Source: Acidimicrobiales bacterium
Lineage (GTDB): Bacteria > Actinomycetota > Acidimicrobiia > Acidimicrobiales > GCA-2861595
NCBI GenBank assembly: GCA_035540975.1
Contig: DATLFN010000152.1
Location: forward strand, 1,541 to 65,540
Length of the DNA stretch: 64,000 bases
Reading direction: 5' to 3'
The notes under the pieces were generated by a model, which was not told where the DNA came from, did not search any database, and saw nothing but the letters and a program-made list of their open reading frames with translations. Each line of letters starts with the position of its first letter. Position 1 is the first letter of the stretch. Below are positions 32,375-41,715 of this stretch, one piece after another. Made by a program: the position numbers and the translations under genes.

Positions 32375-34513
32375 CTAGAACTCGACGAGCTCGCGTGCTG
32401 CGGCGGCGATGTCGTCGACCTGGGGGAGGGTGGCAGCCTCCAGGGTGGGCTCGTACGCCACGTGGGTGTCCTTGGCGCCCACCCGCCGGACGGGGGCGTC
32501 GAGGTCGCAGAACAGCTCGGACGCCGCCCACGCGGCCACCTCGGCGCCGAACCCGCTGGTGACGATGTCCTCGTGGACGACGAGCAGCTTGCCCGTCCGC
32601 TTGACGGAGTCGGCGACGGTGTCGTGGTCCCATGGGGCGAGGGTGCGGAGGTCGACGATCTCGACCGAGCTGCGGCCGTCCTCCTCGAGGCGGGCCGCCG
32701 CCTGGCGCGACTTCTCGACGGTGGCGCCCCAGGTGACGATGGTGAGGTCGGTGCCCCGCCGCACGTACGACGCCCGCCCGAACGGCAGGACGTAGTCGGG
32801 TCCGGGGTAGGGGTCGCGGGCGTAGGGCTGGCGCAGCAGGTGCTTGTGCTCGAGGAAGAGCACCGGGTCGTCGTGGCGGAACGCGGCCCGCAGCAGGCCG
32901 GCGGCGTCCCGGGCCCGGGACGGGAAGGCGACCAGCAGCCCCGGCACGTGGGTGAAGATCGACTCGCCGCACTGGGAGTGCCAGATGGCCCCGCCGCTGA
33001 GGTAGCCCCCGATCGGGACCCGGATGACGACCGGGCAGCTGAACGCACCGTTCGAGCGCCAGCGGATGGTGGCCGCCTCGCTCTTGATCTGCTGCATGGC
33101 CGGCCAGATGTAGTCGAAGAACTGGATCTCGGGGGCCGGCTTGAGACCCCGGAGGGCCTGGCCGACGGCCCGGCCCACGATGTTCGCCTCGGAGAGCGGC
33201 GTGTTGTAGCAGCGGGCCAGCCCGAAGGCGCGCTGGAGGCCGTGCGTGGTCCCGAACACGCCGCCCTTGCCCTCCACGTTGGCCAGGACCGCTTCGCGGG
33301 CGTCGGCCACGTCCTCGCCGAACACCCGGATGCGCTCGTCGGCCGCCATCTGCTCGTGCAGCGTGCGCCGGATGGCCTCGCCGAAGGTGACGGTGTCGGC
33401 CGCTCCCTCGCCGACCTCGGCCGGTGGCGGCTCGGGCGGATCGGGGAGCAGGGGCAGCACGACGACGTGCTCGGTGACGGTCGCCGGGTCGGGCCGCGGC
33501 GCGGCCAGCGCCTGCTTGGCGGAGTCGGCGACGATGACCCGCGACTCGATGCGGATGGCGGCCGCCTCGTCCTCGGTCAGGACTCGGCCCTTCACCAAGC
33601 TGCGCTGGAACAGCAGGATCGGGTCGTGCTGGGCCTCCTCCTCCAGCTCCTCGGGCGGCCGGTACTTGCTCTGGGTGTCGGCCGCCGAGTGGGAGTACGG
33701 GCGGGTGACGGTGGCGTGGATGAGGCCGGGGCCGACGCCGGCCCGCACGTGCTCGACGGCCTTGCGGCCGGTGCGGCGGACGGCGAAGTAGTCCCGCCCG
33801 TCCACGTGGTGCACCTCCAGCCCCCGGAACCCCCGGACCAGCTCGTCGATCGGGGCCGGCCCCTGCTCGGACGCCGGCACCGAGATGGCGTAGCCGTTGT
33901 CGGCGACGACGTAGAGCACGGGCAGGTGCATGGTGCAGGCCGTGTTGAGGCTCTCCCAGAACTCGCCTTCCGAGGTGGCGCCCTCGCCCAGCGAGACGTA
34001 GGTGAGCTCGTCGCCGTAGGCGGTGCACCCCGGGAGGCCGGGCCGGCGGGAGATGTAGCGGGCGGCCTCCGCGCAGCCCACGGCGGGGATGCACTGGCTC
34101 CCCGTGGGGCTCGACTGGGTGACGACGTTGCGGTCCACGAAACCCCAGTGGCAGGGCATCTGGCGGCCGCCGGAGGACGGGTCGTCGGCCGAGCCGACGG
34201 CCTGGAGGAGGATCTCCAGAGGCGAGACGCCGAGGCCCAGCATCAGCGCCCGGTCCCGGTAGTAGGGGAAGAACCAGTCGTAGCCGGGGCGGAGGTTCCG
34301 GGCCAGGGCGAGCAGGAGGGCCTCGTGCCCGGCGCCCGAGATCTGGAAGAACACCCGGCTCTGCTTCTGGAGGCTGATCTCGCGGTCGTCGAGGGCGCGG
34401 GAGATGCAGGCCAGGCGGAAGTCGTCGATCAGCTCCGCATGGGGGATGCCACGGAGCGTGGGCTCGTCGCCGGGCGCCGCGCCCTGGCGCTGGTGCTCGA
34501 CGGTGCGGGCCAT
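32375..34513 (-). CDS. 2-oxoacid (branched-chain type) dehydrogenase E1 component, fused alpha+beta
   Basis: Alpha part: QISGAGHEALLLA and VSLGEGATSEGEFWESLN (ThDP motif). Beta part: VFGEDV...GGVFGTT, DTPLSEANIVG and VIRVPIGG. ATG 34513 (MARTVEHQ); the 1089-aa ORF 32375..35644 is an upstream extension over vdh. Confidence 0.85.
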   Translation of the reverse strand: MARTVEHQRQGAAPGDEPTLRGIPHAELIDDFRLACISRALDDREISLQKQSRVFFQISGAGHEALLLALARNLRPGYDWFFPYYRDRALMLGLGVSPLEILLQAVGSADDPSSGGRQMPCHWGFVDRNVVTQSSPTGSQCIPAVGCAEAARYISRRPGLPGCTAYGDELTYVSLGEGATSEGEFWESLNTACTMHLPVLYVVADNGYAISVPASEQGPAPIDELVRGFRGLEVHHVDGRDYFAVRRTGRKAVEHVRAGVGPGLIHATVTRPYSHSAADTQSKYRPPEELEEEAQHDPILLFQRSLVKGRVLTEDEAAAIRIESRVIVADSAKQALAAPRPDPATVTEHVVVLPLLPDPPEPPPAEVGEGAADTVTFGEAIRRTLHEQMAADERIRVFGEDVADAREAVLANVEGKGGVFGTTHGLQRAFGLARCYNTPLSEANIVGRAVGQALRGLKPAPEIQFFDYIWPAMQQIKSEAATIRWRSNGAFSCPVVIRVPIGGYLSGGAIWHSQCGESIFTHVPGLLVAFPSRARDAAGLLRAAFRHDDPVLFLEHKHLLRQPYARDPYPGPDYVLPFGRASYVRRGTDLTIVTWGATVEKSRQAAARLEEDGRSSVEIVDLRTLAPWDHDTVADSVKRTGKLLVVHEDIVTSGFGAEVAAWAASELFCDLDAPVRRVGAKDTHVAYEPTLEAATLPQVDDIAAAARELVEF

Positions 34514-34518
34514 CCGGC

Positions 34519-35610
34519 TCACCGGCCCCGCACGGGCGCGACGCCGCCGGGCCGGATCAGCTGCACCCGGCCCACGTCCTCGAGGCGGCGCTCGGCCAGG
34601 CGGTCGGCCGCCTCGACGGTCGTGATGCCCTCGGCGTCGGCCGTGGCCAGGACGTGCGCCGTCGTCTCGCCGATCCGCCGGATCTCGCCCTCGGCCCGGT
34701 CGCGGTCGTAGCCGCGCAGCTCCTCGGCCACGTTGATGATCCCGCCCGCGTTCACGACGTAGTCGGGCGCGTACAGGACACCGGCGTCGACCAGGAGGGC
34801 CGCGCACGAGGGGTCGGCCAGCTGGTTGTTGGCGCAGCCGACCACCGCCGCGCAGCGCAGCTCGGGGATGGTGACGGGGGAGAGCACGGCGCCCAGGGCG
34901 CACGGCGAGAAGATGTCGCAGTGGGTGGCGTGGGCCTTCTCGGGTGCCACGACCTCCACCGCCAGCTCGGTGGCCGCCCGTGCCACGGCGGCCTGGTCGA
35001 CGTCGCTCACGGTGACCACGGCCCGCTCCTCCACCAGATGCCGGGCCACGTTGTAGCCCACCTTGCCCACGCCGCTCACGACCACGGACCGGCCCTCGAG
35101 CGACGGGACGCCCCACAGGTGGCGGGCGACCGCCTTCATGGCGTGCAGGACGCCGCGGGCGGTGGCGGCCGACGGGTCCCCCGAGCCCCCGAGCGACATG
35201 CTGACCCCCGTGACGTAGCTGGTCTCCCGGAAGATGAGGTCCATGTCGGCCTGGGTCGTGCCCACGTCCTCGGCGGTGATGTACCGGCCGCCCAGCGAAC
35301 CGACGTAGCGCCCGTAGGCCCGCAGGAGCGGCTCGGTCTTGTCCCGCGCCGGGTCGCCCAGTATCACCGCCTTGCCACCTCCGAGGTCCAGGCCGGCGAC
35401 CGCCGACTTGTAGGTCATGCCCTTGGCCAGGCGCAGGACGTCCTCCAGGGCCTCCTCCTCGGTGGCGTAGGGGCGGAAGCGGGTGCCGCCCAGGGACGGG
35501 CCCAGCCGGGTGGAGTGGATGGCGATGATCGCCCGCAGCCCGGAGGCCCGATCGTGGCAGAAGACGACCTCCTCGTACCCCTCCTCGCCGATCCGAGAGA
35601 AGACGTCCAC
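34519..35610 (-). CDS. Leucine/valine dehydrogenase (Glu/Leu/Phe/Val dehydrogenase family)
   Basis: LGPSLGGTRF, KGMTYKSAVAGLDLGGGKAVI (catalytic Lys motif) and SGVGKVGYNVA (Rossmann). Directly upstream of the E1 gene. Confidence 0.88.
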   Translation of the reverse strand: MDVFSRIGEEGYEEVVFCHDRASGLRAIIAIHSTRLGPSLGGTRFRPYATEEEALEDVLRLAKGMTYKSAVAGLDLGGGKAVILGDPARDKTEPLLRAYGRYVGSLGGRYITAEDVGTTQADMDLIFRETSYVTGVSMSLGGSGDPSAATARGVLHAMKAVARHLWGVPSLEGRSVVVSGVGKVGYNVARHLVEERAVVTVSDVDQAAVARAATELAVEVVAPEKAHATHCDIFSPCALGAVLSPVTIPELRCAAVVGCANNQLADPSCAALLVDAGVLYAPDYVVNAGGIINVAEELRGYDRDRAEGEIRRIGETTAHVLATADAEGITTVEAADRLAERRLEDVGRVQLIRPGGVAPVRGR

Positions 35611-35757
35611 CGTTGGCGAGCGTACAGCCGGACCTCCTGCTCAAGGCGGGCTAGTCATTTCGAATGGGCCGAGAATGACACGTTCGGGCCATCGACGGCA
35701 CTCGGTACAGCCCGTACCTTCCAGGCACGAAAGGGACACTCCTCGAAGGGAACGACC

Positions 35758-35955
35758 GTGCCTGAGCAGACTCAACCCGACCCTCTTCTCACCCCCGCCG
35801 AAGTGGCTGCGCTGTTCCGGGTCAACCCCAAGACCGTCACCCGGTGGGCGCGGGCAGGGAAGATCACCGCGATCCGGACGCTCGGCGGCCACCGCCGGTT
35901 CCGCGCCTCGGAGATCAAGCGGTCCCTCGAGGAGATGCAGCACCAGGGCCTGTAG
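35758..35955 (+). CDS. bldC: BldC-like small MerR/excisionase-type DNA-binding protein
   Basis: PLLTPAEVAALFRVNPKTVTRWARAGKITAIRTLGGHRRFRASEI closely matches my recollection of Streptomyces BldC. GTG 35758 follows GAAGGGA. Confidence 0.75.
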   Translation: MPEQTQPDPLLTPAEVAALFRVNPKTVTRWARAGKITAIRTLGGHRRFRASEIKRSLEEMQHQGL

Positions 35956-36032
35956 ACGGACCCGTCGAGCGGTGACGGCCCGGCGGCCCGGCGACGGGCC
36001 GGCGCGGGACGGCGGGTAGGCTCCGCCGGTCC

Positions 36033-36764
36033 ATGCCCGCCATCGAGGCCGTCACCTTCGACTTCTGGAACACGCTGGTCTACGAGCTGCGCGGCGAGCT
36101 GCGCAGCCGGCGGCTGGAGGCGTGGGCGGGCCTCCTGGAGGAGGCGGGATTCGCCCTCGAGCGCGTCCAGCTGGAGGCGGTCTACGACGGCGCCTGGGAG
36201 GCGTACCTGACCTCCTGGCACGCCAACGAGCAGTTCCAGGCGGCCCAGGCGGCCGAGCACATCATCGAGAACCTGGGCTTCACGGTGCCCCCCGGTGTGC
36301 GGGACCAGCTCATCGAGGCCTTCGGCAACGTCGGGTCGGGCGTGGAGCTCCACCTGGCCGACGGCGTGGAGGCCTGCCTGCGCACGCTCAAGGACGCGGG
36401 CATCAAGCTGGGGATCATCTGCGACGTCGGCTTCACCCCCTCGTCGACGCTGCGGGACCACCTGATCCGCCACGGCGTGCTGCCGCTGTTCGACCACTGG
36501 TCGTTCTCCGACGAGGTGGGCGCCTACAAGCCCTCCGCGGTGATCTTCGAGCACGCGCTGGACGGCCTCGGCGGCCCGGCCCCCGAGCGGGTCGCCCACG
36601 TTGGAGACATCCGGCGCACGGACGTGGCCGGCGCCTTGGCCATGGGGATGGTGTCCGTCCGCTACACCGGCATCGCCGACGACGACAGCCAGCCCGAGCC
36701 CGAGGCCCACCACGTGGTCGACCACCTCGGCTGCGTGCCCGCCGTCCTCGGCGTCGCCCGCTGA
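36033..36764 (+). CDS. HAD-superfamily hydrolase
   Basis: Motif I-like VTFDFWNTL, later GIICDVG and HVGDIRRTDVAGALAMG (motif IV). Confidence 0.7.
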   Translation: MPAIEAVTFDFWNTLVYELRGELRSRRLEAWAGLLEEAGFALERVQLEAVYDGAWEAYLTSWHANEQFQAAQAAEHIIENLGFTVPPGVRDQLIEAFGNVGSGVELHLADGVEACLRTLKDAGIKLGIICDVGFTPSSTLRDHLIRHGVLPLFDHWSFSDEVGAYKPSAVIFEHALDGLGGPAPERVAHVGDIRRTDVAGALAMGMVSVRYTGIADDDSQPEPEAHHVVDHLGCVPAVLGVAR

Positions 36765-36923
36765 GGCACGCTCGGCCCGCTCGCGCGCGTCCGTCGGCGG
36801 CCCAGGGCGCGATTTCTGTCCGTTTCGGCAGGACCGTCGGACCGGACGGCGAACGGGGATACCGGTGAGCCGGCCAGGCGCCAGGTGGGCTGAGCGCTGG
36901 TCCGGGCCCGGGAGGAATGCGTC

Positions 36924-38033
36924 GTGGAGCGTCATCGGACCGCGTGCCGTCGATTGGGTGGAGGTGCGGCCGGCGCCGTACTCCTCATCGCGCTGGGGCT
37001 GGTCTTCGCGCCGTGGGCGGCGCACGCCTCAGACGACCCCCTGTTCGACCAGCAGTGGGCACTCCGGAAGATCAAGGCGCCCGAGGCATGGGCGCTCACG
37101 ACCGGCGAGGGCGTGCGCATCGGGATCGTCGACACCGGCGTCGACCTGGCGCACGAGGACCTGGCCGGGCAGGTGGTCGAGTCGACCAACTGCATCGGCT
37201 CCAACGGTGATCCCAACCGCTGCTCCGGCTCCGGCCAGGACGACCACGGGCACGGGACCCACATCGCCGGCATCGCGGCGGCCGCCAAGGACAACGGGGT
37301 GGGGGTCGCCGGGGTGGCGCCGGGCGCCGACCTCGTCGTCGCCAAGGCGCTGGCGGCCGACGGGTCGGGCACGACCGAGGACATCAACGCCGCCATCCGC
37401 TGGGTGGTGGACCGCGGCGCCAAGGTGGTCAACCTGAGCCTGGGTGGCAGCTTCCTCCAGGACAGCCTGTTCGGCACCTCGCTGCGGGAGGGCGTGCTCT
37501 ACGCCTGGACGCGCGGCGCCATCCCGGTCCTCGCCGCCGGGAACACCAACCTGCTGGGGCTCGGCATCGGCAGCTCGCAGTACGGGCAGCTGCCGGCCGT
37601 GGTCGTGGCCGCCACCGGTCCCGACGACCGCCTGGCCGGGTACTCCAGCCCCGTCGGCAACGCCCAGTGGGCGCTGTCGGCGCCGGGCGGGGCGGGGACG
37701 GCCGACAAGACCGCAGCCATCCTCTCGACCTACTGGAAGCAGGACCAGGCCAACCAGTACGACTCGTTCAGCGGCACGTCGATGGCGACGGCCCACGTCT
37801 CGGGGGCGCTCGCCCTCCTGCTGGCCCAGGGCAACGCCCCGACGATGGCCGTGGCCCGGGTGCTGGGCACGGCCGACCGGGTGCCGTGCAACCCGGGGCT
37901 CCTCGGCGGCCTGTGCCCGGGCCGGCTCAACGTGGGCGCGGCCGTGGGCGCGGTGCCGCCGGGATCGACGGTCGTGCCTCCCTCGGGCCTCCTCGGGCTG
38001 GGGATCAAGCTGCCCCTGGGCTTGGCCCTCTAG
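36924..38033 (+). CDS. Secreted subtilisin-like serine protease (S8)
   Basis: Catalytic triad contexts VDTGVDLAHEDL, HGHGTHIAGIAAA and SGTSMATAHVSGA. Signal peptide present. GTG follows GGGAGGA. Confidence 0.9.
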   Translation: MERHRTACRRLGGGAAGAVLLIALGLVFAPWAAHASDDPLFDQQWALRKIKAPEAWALTTGEGVRIGIVDTGVDLAHEDLAGQVVESTNCIGSNGDPNRCSGSGQDDHGHGTHIAGIAAAAKDNGVGVAGVAPGADLVVAKALAADGSGTTEDINAAIRWVVDRGAKVVNLSLGGSFLQDSLFGTSLREGVLYAWTRGAIPVLAAGNTNLLGLGIGSSQYGQLPAVVVAATGPDDRLAGYSSPVGNAQWALSAPGGAGTADKTAAILSTYWKQDQANQYDSFSGTSMATAHVSGALALLLAQGNAPTMAVARVLGTADRVPCNPGLLGGLCPGRLNVGAAVGAVPPGSTVVPPSGLLGLGIKLPLGLAL

Positions 38034-39247
38034 GCGGCGTCGAGCCGGTACAGGCCGCCGGCGAGTGAGAGGGCGTAGAGCTCGCGGTCGGCGTCCTCGC
38101 CGAAGGAGGCGAGCGACGCCACGCGCGGCCCGAGGGGCCGGGCCTCCAGGCCGCCCGCCCCGTCCACCAGGGCCAGCACCTCGCCTCGGCAGAAGTCGGC
38201 GAACACGTAGCGACCGCGAAGACCGGCCAGCCGCTGTCCCCGGTAGACGTAGCCGCCGGTGACCGCGCACGTCCCCCCTTCGTCGAGGGCGTAGTCGTAC
38301 ACGGGCGGCACCAGCCCGGTGGGGTCGCCGCCCTCGAACGGCCGGGTCCCCTCGTAGCGGTCCCACCCGTAGTTCTCGCCTCCCTTGGAGCCGGGGTCGG
38401 CGGTGCTGATCTCCTCGCGGGCGCCCTGGCCCACGTCGCCGATCCACAGGGCGCCCGTCCGGGCGTCGAACGAGAACCGCCACGGGTTGCGCAGGCCGTA
38501 GGCCCAGATCTCGCCCCGGGCGCCGTCCCGGCCCACGAAGGGGTTGTCGGGAGGGACGGTGTACGGGCGGCCCCCCGACGGCCGGGGGTCGATGCGCAGG
38601 ATCTTGCCGAGGAGGGTGCCGAGGTTCTGGGCGTTGCCCCGGGGGTCGCCACCACTGCCGCCGTCGCCCATCCCGACGTACAGGAGGCCGTCGGGCCCGA
38701 AGGCCAACCCTCCGCCGTTGTGGTTGGCGTACGGCTGGTCCACGGTGAGGAGGAGCCGGGCGCCGGCCGGTTCGGCGCGGCCGGCGGCGAAGGGGTACTC
38801 CACGACCCGGGTGTCGCCCGCCCGGTCGGTGTAGTCGACGTAGAGGCGCCCGCCGTCGGGCGAGAACGCGGCGCCCAGCAGGCCCTGCTCGTAGCCCGAG
38901 GAGACGTCGCCCGAGAGGTCGAGGACGGGCGCGGGGTCCACCCGGCCTCCCCGGAGAGCACGGATCCTGCCGCCCTTCTCCACCACGTAGAGGGCGTCGT
39001 CGCCGGTGCGCACGGCGAGGCCGAGCGGCTGTTCGAAGTCGGCCAGCCTGGTCGCCCGCAGCCGGGGCGGCTCACCGGACGGCTCGCTCGCGGCCGTCGT
39101 GGTGCCCGCCGCCGAGGGCGGCGCGCTCGACGACGGGGCGGTCGACGGGGCGACCGTGCCGGAGGTCGCGCCGGTGCCGCCGTCCCCGGCGCAGGCGGCG
39201 GCCAGCGCCACGGCGACGACGGCGGCGGCGAGCGGACGGGTGCGCAC
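38030..39247 (-). CDS. PQQ-dependent sugar (glucose/sorbosone) dehydrogenase-like lipoprotein
   Basis: Lipobox LAAACAG. HNGGGLAFGPDGLLYVGMGDGGSGGDPRGNAQNLGTLLGKILRIDP and RNPWRFSFD motifs. Its stop shares the CTAG at 38030-38033 with the S8 gene. Confidence 0.8.
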   Translation of the reverse strand: MRTRPLAAAVVAVALAAACAGDGGTGATSGTVAPSTAPSSSAPPSAAGTTTAASEPSGEPPRLRATRLADFEQPLGLAVRTGDDALYVVEKGGRIRALRGGRVDPAPVLDLSGDVSSGYEQGLLGAAFSPDGGRLYVDYTDRAGDTRVVEYPFAAGRAEPAGARLLLTVDQPYANHNGGGLAFGPDGLLYVGMGDGGSGGDPRGNAQNLGTLLGKILRIDPRPSGGRPYTVPPDNPFVGRDGARGEIWAYGLRNPWRFSFDARTGALWIGDVGQGAREEISTADPGSKGGENYGWDRYEGTRPFEGGDPTGLVPPVYDYALDEGGTCAVTGGYVYRGQRLAGLRGRYVFADFCRGEVLALVDGAGGLEARPLGPRVASLASFGEDADRELYALSLAGGLYRLDAA

Positions 39248-39349
39248 GGCAGCCCACGCTAGGAGACCGGCCTTGTCCCGAGGTCGCGGCGGAGGTGATG
39301 GCGACCGGTCGAAATCCCGAGTTGGTACGGTCGGACCGGGAGGGGAGGC

Positions 39350-39844
39350 ATGGACCTGAGCTCACCGGACACCTGGCGCTACATCTGGCTGGCCGCCGCC
39401 GTGGTGTTCGCCGTGGGGGAGATCGCGGTGGCCGGGTCGTTCTTCCTGATGCCGTTCGCCGCCGGCGCCCTGGCCGGGGCGGCAGTCAACTTCGTCGGCG
39501 GGTCGGTCGGCGTCGGCTGGCTGGCGTTCGTGGTGGTGTCGGCCGTGTGCTCGGCCGTCCTGTGGCCCCTCGGCCGCCGCCTGGACCGCAGCGGCCCCCA
39601 CGTCCCCGTCGGTGCCAACCGCTGGGTCGGCCGCCAGGGATACGTCCTCCAGGAGATCCCGGGCGAGCCAGGAGCCACCGGCATGATCCGGCTCGACCGC
39701 GAGGAGTGGAGGGCGGAGAGCCTGGTCGGGCACAGGATCCGGGCCGGCTCGACCGTCCTCGTCAGTCGGGTCGACGGGACGCGGCTGGTGGTCGTCCCCG
39801 TGACGGAGCCCGACGACGCCCCACCGGAGCTGGAAGGGAGCTGA
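39350..39844 (+). CDS. NfeD-family membrane protein
   Basis: N-terminal TM helices plus a C-terminal OB-like GRQGYVLQEI...GMIRLDREEWRAES...GSTVLVSRVDGTRLVV. Immediately upstream of the SPFH gene. Confidence 0.8.
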   Translation: MDLSSPDTWRYIWLAAAVVFAVGEIAVAGSFFLMPFAAGALAGAAVNFVGGSVGVGWLAFVVVSAVCSAVLWPLGRRLDRSGPHVPVGANRWVGRQGYVLQEIPGEPGATGMIRLDREEWRAESLVGHRIRAGSTVLVSRVDGTRLVVVPVTEPDDAPPELEGS

Positions 39845-39847
39845 GCC

Positions 39848-40837
39848 ATGGCGTTCATCGTCGTCCTCGCGGCACTGGCGTTCGTGCTGTTCGTGGTGGT
39901 GGTGAGCGGCGTCAAGATCATCCGCCCCTACGAGCGGGGGCTGGTCGAGCGCCTCGGGAAGTACCGGGACACGGTCGAGCCCGGTCTGCGGGTGATCGTC
40001 CCGTTCATCGAGCGCATGGAGCGGGTCGACATGCGCGAGCGGGTCGTGGACGTGCCGCCCCAGGAGGTCATCACGTCCGACAACGTCGTGGTGTCGGTGG
40101 ACGCCGTCATCTACTACGAGGCCACCGACCCCCAGCGCCTCGTCTACAACGTGGTCGACTTCTACCTGGCCGTGTCCAAGCTGGCGCAGACCAACCTCCG
40201 CAACGTGGTGGGCGACATGCAGCTGGACGAGGCGCTCACGTCCCGCGACACCATCAACACCAAGCTGCGCGACATCCTCGACGACGCCACCGACAAGTGG
40301 GGGACCCGGGTGGTGCGGGTGGAGATCCAGCGCATCGACCCGCCGGCCGACGTCATGCACGCCATGCACGAGCAGATGAAGGCTGAGCGCACCCGCCGGG
40401 CCGTCGTCACCGCCGCCCAGGGCGAGCGGGAGGCCGCCATCGCCCGCGCCGAGGGCGAGAAGCAGGCCGCCATCCTGTCGGCCGAGGGCTCCCGCCAGGC
40501 GGCCATCCTCGAGGCCCAGGGGGAGGCGGAGGCGACGAAGACGGCGGCCGACGCCGAGCGGTTCCGCCAGGTGGCCGTGGCCGAGGGCGAGGCGTCCGCC
40601 ATCCGCAGCGTGTACACGGCCATCCACGAGGGCAACCCGTCGTCGGACCTGCTGGCCGTCAAGTACATCGACGCCCTGGCCGGCATCGCCGACGGGCGGG
40701 CCACGAAGATCTTCCTGCCCGCCGAGTCGACGGCCATGCTCGGGGCCCTGGGCGGCATCAAGGAGCTGTTCGCCGACCTGGACGGTGGCGCCCCGGCCCG
40801 GGGGCGTCGCCGCCCACCCGCCGAGGACGGCGCGTAG
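39848..40837 (+). CDS. SPFH/band-7 (stomatin-like) protein
   Basis: N-terminal TM, then IIRPYERGLVERLGKY...QEVITSDNVVVSVDAVIYY and a coiled-coil EAxA-rich C-terminus. Confidence 0.88.
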   Translation: MAFIVVLAALAFVLFVVVVSGVKIIRPYERGLVERLGKYRDTVEPGLRVIVPFIERMERVDMRERVVDVPPQEVITSDNVVVSVDAVIYYEATDPQRLVYNVVDFYLAVSKLAQTNLRNVVGDMQLDEALTSRDTINTKLRDILDDATDKWGTRVVRVEIQRIDPPADVMHAMHEQMKAERTRRAVVTAAQGEREAAIARAEGEKQAAILSAEGSRQAAILEAQGEAEATKTAADAERFRQVAVAEGEASAIRSVYTAIHEGNPSSDLLAVKYIDALAGIADGRATKIFLPAESTAMLGALGGIKELFADLDGGAPARGRRRPPAEDGA

Positions 40838-41190
40838 GGAGCGCCGCCGGAAGGGCCCGTCGGCGCCGTTCTGCGCCGGCGCGGTGGCGTTCTGCGCCTT
40901 CGCCCACCGCACCCGTCGCGCCGTCCGACGGGCTGATGCGGCCACTTCGGCGGCGGGTGTGCCGGGAGGCCTGGTCGGCGACGTGCCTTCACGCGACCAG
41001 AGGACGCACCCGTGGCCCACATCGACGACTCGCCCGGCAGCCACCGGGCCGACCCCACCGCGGCCGGCCGTCCTGCCGGGCCGCCCGCCGTCTGGCCGGG
41101 ACCCGCCGGCGCGGGAGGCGTACCGTCGGAGTGGCGCGCCGGTCACCGCGACGCGTGTCAACCGAGGCGGGCGCTCGTGCGTCTGTAGGG

Positions 41191-41715
41191 ATGATGACGG
41201 CCACGACGGCGGCTCCCGCGGGAACGGGCGGCACGGACCTGGCGTCGCTCCACCGCCAGCACTACCGGTCGCTGGTGCGACTCGCCTCGCTGCTGGTGGA
41301 CGACGTCGGCACGTGCGAGGAGCTGGTGCAGGACGCCTTCGTCGCCGTGTTGTCGCGCTCTGCCGCCGTCCGCCAGCCGGCGAGTGCGCCCGCGTACCTC
41401 CGCAGCGCGGTGCTGAACGGCGCCCGCTCGCATCTGCGCCGCCGCGCCGTGCGCCGGCGCCCCGGCCCGGCCGAGGAGGCGGAGGACCTGCGGTCGCCCG
41501 AGTCCTCGGCGCTGGTCGCCGACGACCACGCCGCCGTGCTCGCCGCCCTGCGTTCCCTGCCCGAACGCCAGCGGGAGGTCCTCGCCCTGCGCTACTACCT
41601 CGAGCTCAGCGAGGCCGAGATCGCGGAGACGCTGGGGATCGCCCCGGGGACGGTCAAGACGCACGCCCAACGGGCCCTGGCCGCCCTCCACGTCTCCCTG
41701 GAGGACCGGAGATGA
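41191..41715 (+). CDS. ECF-type sigma-70 family factor
   Basis: Region 2 CEELVQDAFVAV...YLRSAVLNGARSHLRRR. Region 4 LPERQREVLALRYYLELSEAEIAETLGIAPGTVKTHAQRAL. In-frame ATG 41191. Confidence 0.85.
   Translation: MMTATTAAPAGTGGTDLASLHRQHYRSLVRLASLLVDDVGTCEELVQDAFVAVLSRSAAVRQPASAPAYLRSAVLNGARSHLRRRAVRRRPGPAEEAEDLRSPESSALVADDHAAVLAALRSLPERQREVLALRYYLELSEAEIAETLGIAPGTVKTHAQRALAALHVSLEDRR

Noticed and set aside
32375-35644. 1089-aa ORF suggesting a giant dehydrogenase
   Set aside because: Only the part downstream of ATG 34513 (MARTVEHQ) has E1 motifs. The upstream 377 codons overlap the clearly real Val/Leu dehydrogenase gene in another frame and read as Gly/Arg/Pro-rich filler.
38030-38033. The convergent S8 protease and sugar dehydrogenase genes share a CTAG, so each strand reads TAG as its stop
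   Set aside because: This is a real overlap, but it is a trivial consequence of the palindromic tetramer. There is no evidence of functional significance.
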